From: Alphaproteobacteria bacterium
GTDB taxonomy: Bacteria > Pseudomonadota > Alphaproteobacteria > UBA828
NCBI GenBank assembly: GCA_965221125.1
Contig: CBDCRW010000004.1
Location: forward strand, 32,001 to 96,000
DNA: 64,000 bases
Direction of reading: 5' to 3'
Shown: piece after piece, positions 27,627 to 37,488 of the stretch
Layout: each line of letters opens with the position of its first letter
How positions within the stretch are numbered: position 1 is the first letter of the stretch
Notes under the pieces: generated by a model
The model's input: the letters and a program-made list of their open reading frames with translations, nothing else
What the model was told of the DNA's origin: nothing
Database searches by the model: none
Translations under genes and position numbers: made by a program

Positions 27627-28904
27627 CTAGGAGGGCCTGCCTACGATGACCGTGGCGTTGGTGCCGCCGAAGCCGAAGGAGTTCGACAGCGCCCGCTCCA
27701 CCTTGCGCTCCCTGGCCTCGTGCGGGACGAGATCGAGATCGCAGCCCGGCGAGGGGTTGTCGAGATTGAGCGTCGGCGGGACCACGCCGTGATTGATGGC
27801 GAGGATGGAGAAGATCAGCTCGACGCTGCCGGCCGCGCCGAGCAGGTGCCCGATGGAGGACTTGGTGGACGACATCGAGAGCCGCCCGGCATCGGCGCCG
27901 AAGAGGTGCTTGACCGCGCCCAGCTCGATCTCGTCGCCGAGCGGCGTCGAGGTGCCGTGCGCGTTGATGTAGTCGATCTCGTCGCAGTTGAGCTCAGCGG
28001 TGCGGAGCGCATGCGCCATGGAGCGGTAGCCGCCCGAGCCGTCCGGCGCCGGCGCGGTCACGTGGTGGGCATCGCCGCTCATGCCGTAGCCGATGATCTC
28101 GGCGTAGATGGTGGCCCCCCGCTTCTTCGCGTGCTCGTACTCCTCCAGCACGACGACACCCGCGCCTTCGCCCATCACGAAGCCGTCGCGCGCCTCGTCC
28201 CACGGGCGGGATGCGCGTTCCGGCTCGTCGTTGAAGTTGGTGGAGAGCGCGCGGGCCGCGGCGAAGCCCGCGACACCGATATGGCAGACGCCCGCTTCCG
28301 CGCCGCCGGCGACCATGACGTCCGCATCGCCCCGCAGGATCAGGTGCGAGGCGTCGCCGATGGCGTGCGCGCCGGTGGAGCACGCGGTCACCACGGAGTG
28401 ATTGGGCCCGCGGAAGCCGTAGCGGATGGAGACGTGGCCGGACGCCAGGTTGATCAGGCTCGACGGGATGAAGAACGGGCTGAGCCGTCTCGGGCCCTTC
28501 TCGGCGACGAGCACGGTCGCCGCCTCGATGGTCTTGAGCCCGCCGATGCCGGAGCCGATCATCACGCCGGTCCGCTCCAGGCTCTCCTCGTCCTCGGGCG
28601 TCCAGCCCGAATCCTCGACCGCCTCGACCGCGGCGCACAGCGCGTAGACGATGAAATCGTCCATCTTGCGCAGGTCCTTGGTCGGCACGATGTCGGCGGG
28701 GCGGAAGCCGCCGTCGGCGTCGCCGTTCGGGATCTCGCCCGCGATCTTGACCGGCAGGTCGGACGGATCGAACGCCTGGATCTGCGCGATGCCCGAGCGC
28801 CCGGCGATCAGCCGTTCCCAGCTCAGGCGCACGCCGTTCGCCAGCGGCGACACCATGCCGACGCCGGTGACCACCACTCTGCGCGCCCGGTCAGCGGTGC
28901 GCAT
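27627..28904 (-). CDS. fabF: 3-oxoacyl-ACP synthase II
   Basis: VTACSTG, YINAHGTST, TKSSIGHLLGAAG, SNSFGFGGTN. Confidence 0.97.
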   Translation of the reverse strand: MRTADRARRVVVTGVGMVSPLANGVRLSWERLIAGRSGIAQIQAFDPSDLPVKIAGEIPNGDADGGFRPADIVPTKDLRKMDDFIVYALCAAVEAVEDSGWTPEDEESLERTGVMIGSGIGGLKTIEAATVLVAEKGPRRLSPFFIPSSLINLASGHVSIRYGFRGPNHSVVTACSTGAHAIGDASHLILRGDADVMVAGGAEAGVCHIGVAGFAAARALSTNFNDEPERASRPWDEARDGFVMGEGAGVVVLEEYEHAKKRGATIYAEIIGYGMSGDAHHVTAPAPDGSGGYRSMAHALRTAELNCDEIDYINAHGTSTPLGDEIELGAVKHLFGADAGRLSMSSTKSSIGHLLGAAGSVELIFSILAINHGVVPPTLNLDNPSPGCDLDLVPHEARERKVERALSNSFGFGGTNATVIVGRPS

Positions 28905-28973
28905 TCCCTTCTCTCCGGCTGTCGAGGTCCCGCGCAGGCGTTGTCCGCGCCATCGGCCTCTCTGGCCGCCCCG

Positions 28974-29213
28974 TCAGGTGATCTGCTCGATGTGGTCGAT
29001 GGCGTCCTTCACCGTGAGGATCTTCTCGGCGGCGTCATCGGGAATCTCGCAGCCGAACTCCTCCTCGAAGGCCATCACGAGCTCGACCGTATCGAGGCTG
29101 TCCGCGCCCAGATCGTCTATGAAGCTCGCGTTCTCGGTCACCTTTTCCTCTTCGATGCCAAGGTGATCGACGACGATTTTCTTGACGCGCGCGGCGATAT
29201 CGTTATCGCTCAT
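28974..29213 (-). CDS. acpP: Acyl carrier protein
   Basis: [21 protein letters not shown]. Confidence 0.97.
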   Translation of the reverse strand: MSDNDIAARVKKIVVDHLGIEEEKVTENASFIDDLGADSLDTVELVMAFEEEFGCEIPDDAAEKILTVKDAIDHIEQIT

Positions 29214-29460
29214 GTAACCTTCCCTCGTCGGACTGCGTGAACGGCTACGCCGGTCTGTACCAGCGGACAGCGGCTCCGTGCGGCGCGCGCACCCCGTTCG
29301 GGCCGTGCCGCGCGGACGGACGGACGCGGCGCTAGGTAACACATTTTCCGGCGATACTCCATACGCTCGAACGACGCCGCCCGTGCGCGGGTCAATTCGA
29401 GCCTGAAGCGGTCCCGCGGGCCATGAGAGAGACACGGAATCCGCCGCCAGGCGTCCGATC

Positions 29461-30363
29461 ATGAGCGAGAATCGGAGCGACTCCGGCCGCGCAACAGGGC
29501 GCCGGCGGGTGATCCTGGGCGGTGCCCTCGTCGCGGCGTCCGGCCTCATGTTCGCGCTCGCCGGCATGGGCATCAAGATGGCGGAGGAGAGCCTCTCGAG
29601 CTTCGAGGTGCTCTTCTGGCGCAACGTGCTGAGCCTCGCGATCCTCGCACCCTGGGTCCTCTGGCACTGGCCCGGCTCGCTCCGCCCGGCCCATCGCGGC
29701 CTGATGGCGATGCGGGCCGTGGCGCTGGTGGCGGCGCTGCTCTGCTACTACCACGCGGTGAGCGTGCTGCCGCTGGCCGAGGCGGTGTTGCTCAACTTCA
29801 GCTCGCCGATCTTCGTGCCCGTGCTGGGCTTTGTGCTCTTCCGCTTCGCGCTCGACGGCAGGGTGCTGGCCGCGGTGCTGATCGGCTTCGCCGGCGTCGC
29901 CCTGATCCTCAAGCCCGGAACGGAGTTCTTTCAGCCCGCCGCCCTGATCGGCGCCGTCTCCGGCCTGCTCGGCGGGCTCTCCGCCGTCGCCATCTGGAAG
30001 ATGCCGACCGAGGAGAACGCGATCCGCATCGCCGTCTACTTCGCCGCGCTCGGCATCCTCGTCACGCTCGCGCCGGTGCTGATGGACCCGACCCTGCCGC
30101 CGGCCGAGGCTTGGCCGGGGCTCGTCATGCTGGGCGTCTTCTCGACCGCCGCCCACGTCCTCTTCGCGAAGGGCTGCCTCGTCGCGCCGACGGATCGCGC
30201 GGGCACCTTCATCTACACGTCGGTGCTCTTCGCCGCGCTGTTCGGCTGGCTCTTCTGGGCGGAAGGGCTGGACTGGCTCATGGCCGGCGGCGCGGTGTTG
30301 ATCGTCGCCGCCGGCGTAATCGCCATCCGCGCTGGCAGGCCCGGCCGCGCACGGGTGTCGTAG
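29461..30363 (+). CDS. DMT/EamA family transporter
   Basis: About 10 hydrophobic segments; [30 protein letters not shown]. Confidence 0.88.
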   Translation: MSENRSDSGRATGRRRVILGGALVAASGLMFALAGMGIKMAEESLSSFEVLFWRNVLSLAILAPWVLWHWPGSLRPAHRGLMAMRAVALVAALLCYYHAVSVLPLAEAVLLNFSSPIFVPVLGFVLFRFALDGRVLAAVLIGFAGVALILKPGTEFFQPAALIGAVSGLLGGLSAVAIWKMPTEENAIRIAVYFAALGILVTLAPVLMDPTLPPAEAWPGLVMLGVFSTAAHVLFAKGCLVAPTDRAGTFIYTSVLFAALFGWLFWAEGLDWLMAGGAVLIVAAGVIAIRAGRPGRARVS

Positions 30364-30388
30364 AGGGGGACCGGCGAGCACGCCGGGC

Positions 30389-31126
30389 TTAGATCATCGC
30401 CATGCCGCCGTTGACGTGGAGCGTCTGCCCGGTGACGTAGCGGGCCTCCTCGCTGGCCAGGTAGACGCAGGCGGCGGCGACGTCGCTCCCCTCGCCGAAG
30501 CGTCCGGCCGGGATCGTGCCGAGCAGCGCCTCCTTCTGCGCATCCGCCAGCGCGTCGGTCATCGGCGTCTCGATGAATCCGGGGGCGACGCAGTTGGCGG
30601 TGACGCCGCGGGCGGCCGCCTCGGCGGCGAGCGCCTTCACCATCCCCGCGAGCCCGGCCTTGGAGGCGGCATAGTTGGCCTGCCCGGCATTGCCGGTCGT
30701 GCCCACCACCGAGGTGATGAAGATGAGCCGACCCCAGTGCTGGCGGATCATACCGCGCAGGCAGGCGCGGGCGAGCACGAAGCCGGCGCTGAGATTGACC
30801 TCCAGGACCTCCTGCCAGTCCTCGTCCTTCATGCGGAGCGCGAGGCCGTCGCGGGTGATCCCGCCGCAGTGAACGAGAATGGCGGGCGCGCCGGCCGCTT
30901 CCGCCGTCCGCTCGGGCAGGCCTGCGAGCGCGTCGCGGTCGGCGAGATCGCAGGGCGCCGCGTGGGCGCCGTCCCCCAGCCGCGCGGCGAGCGCCTCCAG
31001 GGCGTCCGCGCGCCGGCCGGAGAGCACCACCGCCGCACCTTGGGCGTGCAGGGCTTCGGCGATGGCGCCGCCGATGCCGCCCGTGGCGCCCGTCACCAGC
31101 GCCACCTTTCCCGACAGATCGAACAT
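30389..31126 (-). CDS. fabG: 3-oxoacyl-ACP reductase
   Basis: TGATGGIG, GITRDGL, GNAGQANYAASKAG, NCVAPGFIET. Confidence 0.96.
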   Translation of the reverse strand: MFDLSGKVALVTGATGGIGGAIAEALHAQGAAVVLSGRRADALEALAARLGDGAHAAPCDLADRDALAGLPERTAEAAGAPAILVHCGGITRDGLALRMKDEDWQEVLEVNLSAGFVLARACLRGMIRQHWGRLIFITSVVGTTGNAGQANYAASKAGLAGMVKALAAEAAARGVTANCVAPGFIETPMTDALADAQKEALLGTIPAGRFGEGSDVAAACVYLASEEARYVTGQTLHVNGGMAMI

Positions 31127-31158
31127 TCCTCGCCGCTCCCCGTTGCCGTCCGCTGTTT

Positions 31159-32103
31159 CTAGCCCGCCTGCTCCAGCAGGGCGCTCACGTCTTCGACCGT
31201 GCCGACCGAAGAGGCGGCAAGCGAGCGGTCGATGCGCCGCGCGAGGCCGGTGAGCACCTTGCCGGCGCCGATCTCGATCAGCGTGTCCACGCCCTCACTC
31301 GCCATGTGAAGCACGCTCTCCCGCCAGCGCACCATCGCCGTCACCTGGCGGACGAGCAGCGCCGGCACCTCGGACGCCTCGTGCACCGGGCGGGCCGTCA
31401 CGTTGGCGACGGCCGGGACGGCAAGCGGCATGAACGAAACCTCCGCGAACGCTGCCGCCATCGCCTCCGCCGCAGGGCTGAGCATGGGCGAGTGGAAGGG
31501 CGCGCTCACCGGAAGCATGACGGCGCGCCTGATGCCGTGCTCCGGGGCCAGCGCCACCGCCCGCTCCACTGCGGACGCGGCGCCGCTGACTACCACCTGG
31601 CCCGGCGCGTTGTCGTTGCCGACCACGCAGACCTCGCCGGCGGCGGCAGCCTCTGCGATTTCCTCGGCCTGGGCCAGATCGGCGCCGATCAAGGCGGCCA
31701 TCGCGCCTGCGCCGACGGGGACGGCCGCCTGCATGGCCTCGCCCCGCAGGCGAAGCAGGCGGGCCGCGTCAGGCAGCGCCAGGCACCCCGCCGCGGCGAG
31801 CGCGGTGTATTCACCGAGCGAGTGGCCCGCGACGAACGCGGTGCGCTCCCCGAGCCTCCAGGCGCCCTCGGCCTCGAGCGCGCGGATCGCGGCCACCGAG
31901 ACCGCCATCAGCGCCGGTTGCGCGTTCCGCGTCAGCGTCAGCTCGTCCTCGTCGCCCTCGAAGATGAGGCCGGAGAGACTCTCGCCGAGGGCCTCGTCCA
32001 CCTCCTCGAACACGGCGCGCGCAGCCGGAAACGCATCGTGCAGGTCGCGGCCCATGCCGACCGTCTGCGAGCCCTGTCCGGGGAAGATGATGGCCGTCGT
32101 CAT
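31159..32103 (-). CDS. fabD: Malonyl-CoA:ACP transacylase
   Basis: FPGQGSQ, AGHSLGEY, VSAPFHS. Confidence 0.96.
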   Translation of the reverse strand: MTTAIIFPGQGSQTVGMGRDLHDAFPAARAVFEEVDEALGESLSGLIFEGDEDELTLTRNAQPALMAVSVAAIRALEAEGAWRLGERTAFVAGHSLGEYTALAAAGCLALPDAARLLRLRGEAMQAAVPVGAGAMAALIGADLAQAEEIAEAAAAGEVCVVGNDNAPGQVVVSGAASAVERAVALAPEHGIRRAVMLPVSAPFHSPMLSPAAEAMAAAFAEVSFMPLAVPAVANVTARPVHEASEVPALLVRQVTAMVRWRESVLHMASEGVDTLIEIGAGKVLTGLARRIDRSLAASSVGTVEDVSALLEQAG

Positions 32104-32313
32104 GAGGGGCACTCTCGCGCTTCCGCGAGCCGTTCGCGCGCGCCGCTACTGACCATGCGGCCCGGCACCTGTCAAGCGAGCCCGCAGCAGGGCCGCCCGC
32201 AGTCATGTCCGGCCGATGACAGGTCGAGGAGTCTCTTTGGTATACCCAAATATTCATTTTCATAACTATAAAGGTATATTGAGATATACGTAATATTGCT
32301 TTACTCTATTCAA

Positions 32314-33183
32314 ATGGTCGATCTGGATACCCGGCAACTTCGTTCGTTTCTTTGTCTTGCCGTAGAAAAAAGCTTCTCGAAGGCGGCCCGGCAACTGGGG
32401 TGCTCCCAGGCCACGATGTCGGTTCGCATTCAGAAGCTGGAAGAGGCCCTGGGCGTGCGCCTGTTCGACCGCGGGCCCCAGGAAGTGAAGCTGACGCCCG
32501 ACGGGCGCGATCTGCTGCCGGACATTCGGGACCTCGTGGACATGCAGGACCGCATGTACGAGCGCCTGCAGACGAGCCGGGTCATCGGCCAGGTCAGGCT
32601 CGGCGTCGCCGAGGGTTACGAGGCCTCTCTTCTGCCGGGCCTTCTGACATACATGCACAAGAACCACGCCGCCGCGGAACTGGACGTCACCTGCCGGCCG
32701 AGCTGGCGCCTGCAGCAACTGATCGAGTCGCGCACGCTTGATCTGGCGGTGGTGGCGTTGCCGGAGGAAGCAGCGTCCGCCGTGGAGCTGCAACGCCCGC
32801 AGCTTCACTGGGTTTCCGCACCGGGCCTTGCGCTCGATCCGTCGTTGCCGGTGCCCGTCGCCTGGCATCGGGACAAATGCTTCCTCCGGGCCGCGGGAAT
32901 CGCCGCGCTCAAGGGCGAGGGCACCGCCTGGCGCGAGGTGTTGAGCAGCGACGATTCGCGCGTCATCCGGTGCGCCGTCGAAGCGGGCACCGCCGTCACC
33001 GTCATGGCCGAGGGAACGGTGCCCGACTCGCTCGCCGCGATGCCCACGTCCTCCGTTCTGCCGCCGCTGGGCAGGGCGTGCGTGCAGTTGCTGGAAAGGC
33101 CGGGCCAGCAGTCGGAGGCATGGGCGGTGGCCCGGCGGGAATTGATCCGTGCCTTCCAGGGGCTGCGAACGCAGGTCGCCTGA
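32314..33183 (+). CDS. LysR family regulator (LrhA-like), copy 1
   Basis: LRSFL...SFSKAA..LGCSQATMSVRIQKLEEALGVRLFDR; AT-rich upstream region. Confidence 0.92.
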   Translation: MVDLDTRQLRSFLCLAVEKSFSKAARQLGCSQATMSVRIQKLEEALGVRLFDRGPQEVKLTPDGRDLLPDIRDLVDMQDRMYERLQTSRVIGQVRLGVAEGYEASLLPGLLTYMHKNHAAAELDVTCRPSWRLQQLIESRTLDLAVVALPEEAASAVELQRPQLHWVSAPGLALDPSLPVPVAWHRDKCFLRAAGIAALKGEGTAWREVLSSDDSRVIRCAVEAGTAVTVMAEGTVPDSLAAMPTSSVLPPLGRACVQLLERPGQQSEAWAVARRELIRAFQGLRTQVA

Positions 33184-33277
33184 CCGCCGTTGCCCAGGCA
33201 ATTCCGCCGCGTTCACGCGCGCCGCCGCCAATACATTGCATTGACAAAATCAACATATCGCTATTATCAATATTTCG

Positions 33278-34132
33278 GTGCGGGACATTGATACCAAGCT
33301 CTTGCGGTCGTTCATCGCCGTCGCAACGGAGCGCAGCTTCTCCGTCGCCGCCGACCTCTGCGGCTGCTCGCAGGGGACGATGTCCATACGCATCCGCCAC
33401 CTGGAGGAGCAGCTCGGCATACGCCTGTTCGAGCGCAAGCACAGAGACGTCAGGCTCACGTTCGCTGGCAGCCAGCTGCTGGCGGAAGCGCAGGCCTTCG
33501 TGGACATGCACGACCGCCTCTTCCGGCGCACGAGCGCGAATGCGCTCGCCGGCAGCGTCCGGCTCGGCATCGACGACGCCTGCGCCGCCACCGTGCTGCC
33601 AAGGCTTCTCGAGAAGGTTCTGCCCGTCTACACCGCGCTCGAACTCGACGTTCTGAGCGAGAACTCCGTGTCGCTCCGACAGAGGATCGACGAGGAGTCG
33701 CTCGATCTCGCGGTCGTCATGACCGTCGATGCGCTGCCGTCCGCGATGCAGCTGTCTCGTCCTCGCCTGCGATGGGTCGCCGCGCCCGGCTTCGCGATCA
33801 ACGACTGGGACGTGCTGCCGATCGCCTGCCACCCCGCGGACCATCTGTTGGGGGCTGCGGCCAGAGACGCGCTGCGCTCCCACGGATTCGCCTATCGGGA
33901 AGCGCTCTGCAGCGCGAACGAACGGATCATCCGGAGCGCCGTCTCGTCCGGGACGGTGCTCGCCGTCATGCCGGAGGGCGCGATGCCTGTGGGATTGCAG
34001 GTCGTCTCCGGCGCGCAGGCTCTGCCGCCGCTGGACCGGGTCCGCATTCAGGTGCTGGAAGCGTCGACGCGGCGCTCAGACGCAGCCCACCTCGTGAAGC
34101 GGGAACTCGCCGGCCTCTATCCGGCCGCCTGA
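33278..34132 (+). CDS. LysR family regulator (LrhA-like), copy 2
   Basis: LLRSFIAV...SFSVAA..CGCSQGTMSIRIRHLEEQLGIRLFER; GTG start after AT-rich spacer. Confidence 0.92.
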   Translation: MRDIDTKLLRSFIAVATERSFSVAADLCGCSQGTMSIRIRHLEEQLGIRLFERKHRDVRLTFAGSQLLAEAQAFVDMHDRLFRRTSANALAGSVRLGIDDACAATVLPRLLEKVLPVYTALELDVLSENSVSLRQRIDEESLDLAVVMTVDALPSAMQLSRPRLRWVAAPGFAINDWDVLPIACHPADHLLGAAARDALRSHGFAYREALCSANERIIRSAVSSGTVLAVMPEGAMPVGLQVVSGAQALPPLDRVRIQVLEASTRRSDAAHLVKRELAGLYPAA

Positions 34133-34137
34133 CCGCC

Positions 34138-34551
34138 TCAGGCCGCGATGCCGGCGAGCGTGCAGATGCGCCGCCACTCGGCCTCGGTCACCGGGCTCAC
34201 CGAAAGGCGCGACTGCCGCACCAGCCACATGTCGCCGAGCGCCGGGTCCTCCTTGATCTGCTTCAGCGTGACCGGCTGCTTCACCGGAAGGATCGCCTTC
34301 ACGTCCACCATGCCGAAGCGCCCGGAGGAGTCGGTGGGGTCCGGGTAGTGCTCCTTCACGACCTCGACGACGCCCACGATCTCCTTGGCATTGACCGAAT
34401 GGTAGAAGAAGCAGCGGTCGCCCACCTTCATGGCCTTCATGTTGTTGTTCGCCTGGTGGTTTCGCACGCCGTCCCATTCGGCGACGCCGTCGCGCACCTG
34501 GTCGTCCCACGACCAGCTTCCGGGTTCCGACTTCAGGAGCCAGTAGGCCAT
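34138..34551 (-). CDS. EVE domain protein
   Basis: MAYWLLKSEP..WSW, WDGVRNHQA, MKVGD.CFFYHS, RLSVSPV. Confidence 0.95.
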   Translation of the reverse strand: MAYWLLKSEPGSWSWDDQVRDGVAEWDGVRNHQANNNMKAMKVGDRCFFYHSVNAKEIVGVVEVVKEHYPDPTDSSGRFGMVDVKAILPVKQPVTLKQIKEDPALGDMWLVRQSRLSVSPVTEAEWRRICTLAGIAA

Positions 34552-34750
34552 TCCATCCCCTCCAGAGAGCGCTTCGCTCGGCGCGCAGTCTAGCCCGAAT
34601 TTCGCGCCGGGGTCATGGTCCGCGCGGAACCAGCCGGGCCAACGTCTTGATATCGGCGCACGATGCGCCCACACTATGACCATTGCCGGTTAACGTGACA
34701 GGCTGGGGGCGCTCGTCGCAGCGCCGCCGGCAGCGGGTGAGCGCGAGGCA

Positions 34751-34960
34751 ATGTCCTTCTTCGAAATGGGCGGCTATGCGGCCTATGTCTGGCCGGCCTT
34801 CGGCGCCGCGGCCGTCATCATGGTCGCGCTCCTCGCGCTCAGCATCCGCACCATGCGTGCGCGCGAGGCGGCGCTCAGGGCCCTCGAGGCGACCGCCCGC
34901 CGCCGACGTGCCGCCGCGGAAGAGGGCGAGCGCGACGGGGAGCAGAACGCTCCGGCATGA
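34751..34960 (+). CDS. ccmD: Heme exporter protein D
   Basis: FFEMGGYAAYVWPAFG plus TM segment and basic tail. Confidence 0.9.
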   Translation: MSFFEMGGYAAYVWPAFGAAAVIMVALLALSIRTMRAREAALRALEATARRRRAAAEEGERDGEQNAPA

Positions 34961-35400
34961 AGCGCAAGCACTGGCGGTTGGTCTTTCTGGGCGGCGGGCT
35001 CGGCGCGCTCGGTCTCGCTGCGGGCCTGGTGCTGACCGCGCTCGACGACACGCTTGTCTTCTTCCATGACCCGAGCACCATCAAGGAGCGCGAGTTCCCG
35101 CCCGAGCAGCGGCTCCGCGTGGGCGGCCTGGTGGAGGAGAACAGCGTGGTGAGGGCCGACGACGGCTTGACGGTGCGCTTCACCATCACCGACCTCGCCC
35201 ATGCCGTGGCCGTCACCTACCGCGGCATCCTGCCCGACCTGTTTCGCGAAGGGCAGGGGGTGGTGGCCGAGGGTTACCTGAAGGGCGGCGTCTTCGAGGC
35301 CGACGAGGTGCTCGCCAAGCACGACGAGAACTACATGCCGCGCGAGGTGGCGGACGCGCTCAAGAAGTCCGGCAACTGGAAGGGCGAGGGCGCCGAATGA
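34957..35400 (+). CDS. ccmE: Cytochrome c maturation heme chaperone
   Basis: RVGGLV, YRGILPDLFREGQGVVAEG, VLAKHDENYMP. Confidence 0.96.
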   Translation: MKRKHWRLVFLGGGLGALGLAAGLVLTALDDTLVFFHDPSTIKEREFPPEQRLRVGGLVEENSVVRADDGLTVRFTITDLAHAVAVTYRGILPDLFREGQGVVAEGYLKGGVFEADEVLAKHDENYMPREVADALKKSGNWKGEGAE

Positions 35401-37394
35401 TCGCGGAGATCGGCCATTTCGCCCTGATCCTGGCGCTCGCGATGGCGCTGGTGCAGGCCTGCGCCGCGCCGCTCGGCGCGAGGCTCCGCGACGCGAGCCT
35501 GATGACGCTGGCGCGGCCGGCGGCGCTGGCGCAGTTCGTCTTCATCTCGGCGGCGCTTGCCTGCCTGATGCAGGCCTTCGTCGTCTCCGACTTCTCGGTC
35601 GTGACCGTCGCCGACAACTCGCACTCGGCCAAGCCGCTCCTCTACAAGTTCACCGGCACCTGGGGCAATCACGAGGGCTCGATGCTGCTCTGGATCTGGA
35701 TCCTCGCGGTCTACGGCGCCGCGGTCGCGGCCTTCGGGCGCAACCTGCCGCCCGCATTCCGCGCCTGGGTGCTGGCCGTGCAGGCGTTGATCGGCCTCGG
35801 CTTCCTGGTCTTCGTCCTCGCCACCTCCAACCCCTTCTTCAGGCTCGACCCCGCGCCCTTCGACGGGCGCGACCTCAACCCGCTGCTGCAGGACCCGGGC
35901 CTCGCCTTCCACCCGCCGCTGCTCTACCTCGGCTACGTCGGGCTTTCCACCGCCTTCTCCTTCGCCGTGGCGGCGTTGATCGAAGGGCGGGTGAACGCTG
36001 CCTGGGCGCGCTGGGTGAGGCCGTGGACGCTGCTCTCCTGGTGCGCGCTCACGGCGGGGATCGCTCTCGGGTCCTGGTGGGCCTACTACGAGCTTGGCTG
36101 GGGCGGCTACTGGTTCTGGGATCCGGTGGAGAACGCGTCCTTCATGCCCTGGCTGATGGCGACGGCGCTGCTGCACTCGTCCATCGTGGCGGAGAAGCGG
36201 GACAGCCTGAAGAGCTGGACCGTGCTGCTCGCGATCCTCGGCTTCTCGCTCAGCCTGCTCGGCACCTTCCTCGTGCGCTCCGGCGTGCTGACCTCGGTGC
36301 ACAGCTTTGCCTCCGATCCTGCGCGCGGGGTCTACATCCTGGTGTTCCTGGTGATCGTGGTCGGCGGCTCGCTCACGCTCTACGCGTGGCGCGCACCGGG
36401 GATGCGGGCCGGCGGCTCGTTCCGCCCCGTCTCGCGCGAAGGCTCGCTGCTCGCCAACAACCTGCTGCTCGCCGTCGGCTGCGCCACGGTCTTCATCGGC
36501 ACGCTCTATCCGCTCGTTCTCGACGCGATCGCCGACCAGAAGGTCTCGGTCGGCCCGCCCTTCTTCGAATCGACCTTCGTGCCCATCATGATCCCGCTCC
36601 TCCTGATGATGGCGGCGGGGCCGCTGATGGCCTGGAAGCGCGCGGGCCCCGGCGGGGTGCTGCCCCGCCTCGCGATCTCCCTTGCAGCCGCCGTTGCGGT
36701 GGCCGCAGTGGTTGCGGCGAGCGGCGGCGGGCCGTGGGGCGCGGTGCTCGGCATGGCGCTCGCCGGCTGGGTGGCGGCCGGCGTGCTGACCGAGCTGGCG
36801 GAGCGCGTGCGGCTCCTCCGCGTGCCGCTCGCAGAGAGCGCGCGCCGCGCGATCGGCCTGCCGCGCGCGGCCTGGGCGATGAGCATCGCCCACCTTGGCG
36901 TCGCCGTCCTGGTGGCGGGCACCGTCGGTGCCGGCAACTGGCAGACCGAGCGGGAGCAGGTCATGCGGCCGGGGGACTCGGTCGCGCTCGCCGGCTACGA
37001 TTTTCACTTGCAAAGCGTCGGCGACGTGCCCGGCCCCAACTATCTCGCGCGGCGGGGCGAGGTGGCGGTGACGCGAGGCGGCGAGGAGGTCGCGCTCCTC
37101 CTGCCCGAGCGCCGCCACTACCCGGTGCAGGACACCTGGACCACCGAGGCCGCGATCCACACGACGTGGCTTTCCGATCTCTACGTCGTCGTAGGCGAAG
37201 ATGCGCCGGGCGGCGGCACGGCGATCCGTATCCATCACAACCCGCTGGTGCCCTGGATCTGGATCGGCGCGCTCGTCATGGTGGCGGGCGGCGCCGTTTC
37301 GCTCACCGACCGGCGCCACCGCGTGGGCGCGCCTGCCCGTCGCCGGCGGCCGGCGGAAACCGCCGTCGCCGCCTCGGGCGGCGCGGGCGACTGA
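35397..37394 (+). CDS. ccmF: Heme lyase
   Basis: WGNHEGSMLLW, GSWWAYYELGWGGYWFWDPVENASFMPW. Confidence 0.97.
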   Translation: MIAEIGHFALILALAMALVQACAAPLGARLRDASLMTLARPAALAQFVFISAALACLMQAFVVSDFSVVTVADNSHSAKPLLYKFTGTWGNHEGSMLLWIWILAVYGAAVAAFGRNLPPAFRAWVLAVQALIGLGFLVFVLATSNPFFRLDPAPFDGRDLNPLLQDPGLAFHPPLLYLGYVGLSTAFSFAVAALIEGRVNAAWARWVRPWTLLSWCALTAGIALGSWWAYYELGWGGYWFWDPVENASFMPWLMATALLHSSIVAEKRDSLKSWTVLLAILGFSLSLLGTFLVRSGVLTSVHSFASDPARGVYILVFLVIVVGGSLTLYAWRAPGMRAGGSFRPVSREGSLLANNLLLAVGCATVFIGTLYPLVLDAIADQKVSVGPPFFESTFVPIMIPLLLMMAAGPLMAWKRAGPGGVLPRLAISLAAAVAVAAVVAASGGGPWGAVLGMALAGWVAAGVLTELAERVRLLRVPLAESARRAIGLPRAAWAMSIAHLGVAVLVAGTVGAGNWQTEREQVMRPGDSVALAGYDFHLQSVGDVPGPNYLARRGEVAVTRGGEEVALLLPERRHYPVQDTWTTEAAIHTTWLSDLYVVVGEDAPGGGTAIRIHHNPLVPWIWIGALVMVAGGAVSLTDRRHRVGAPARRRRPAETAVAASGGAGD

Positions 37395-37488
37395 GGGACA
37401 CGTGTTCAACTTAAGACTGCTATTCTCATTATCCCTAGGCCGCCGCCGAGGGGGGCCAACAAGCGACACCGCGGACCAAGTCACCCAG

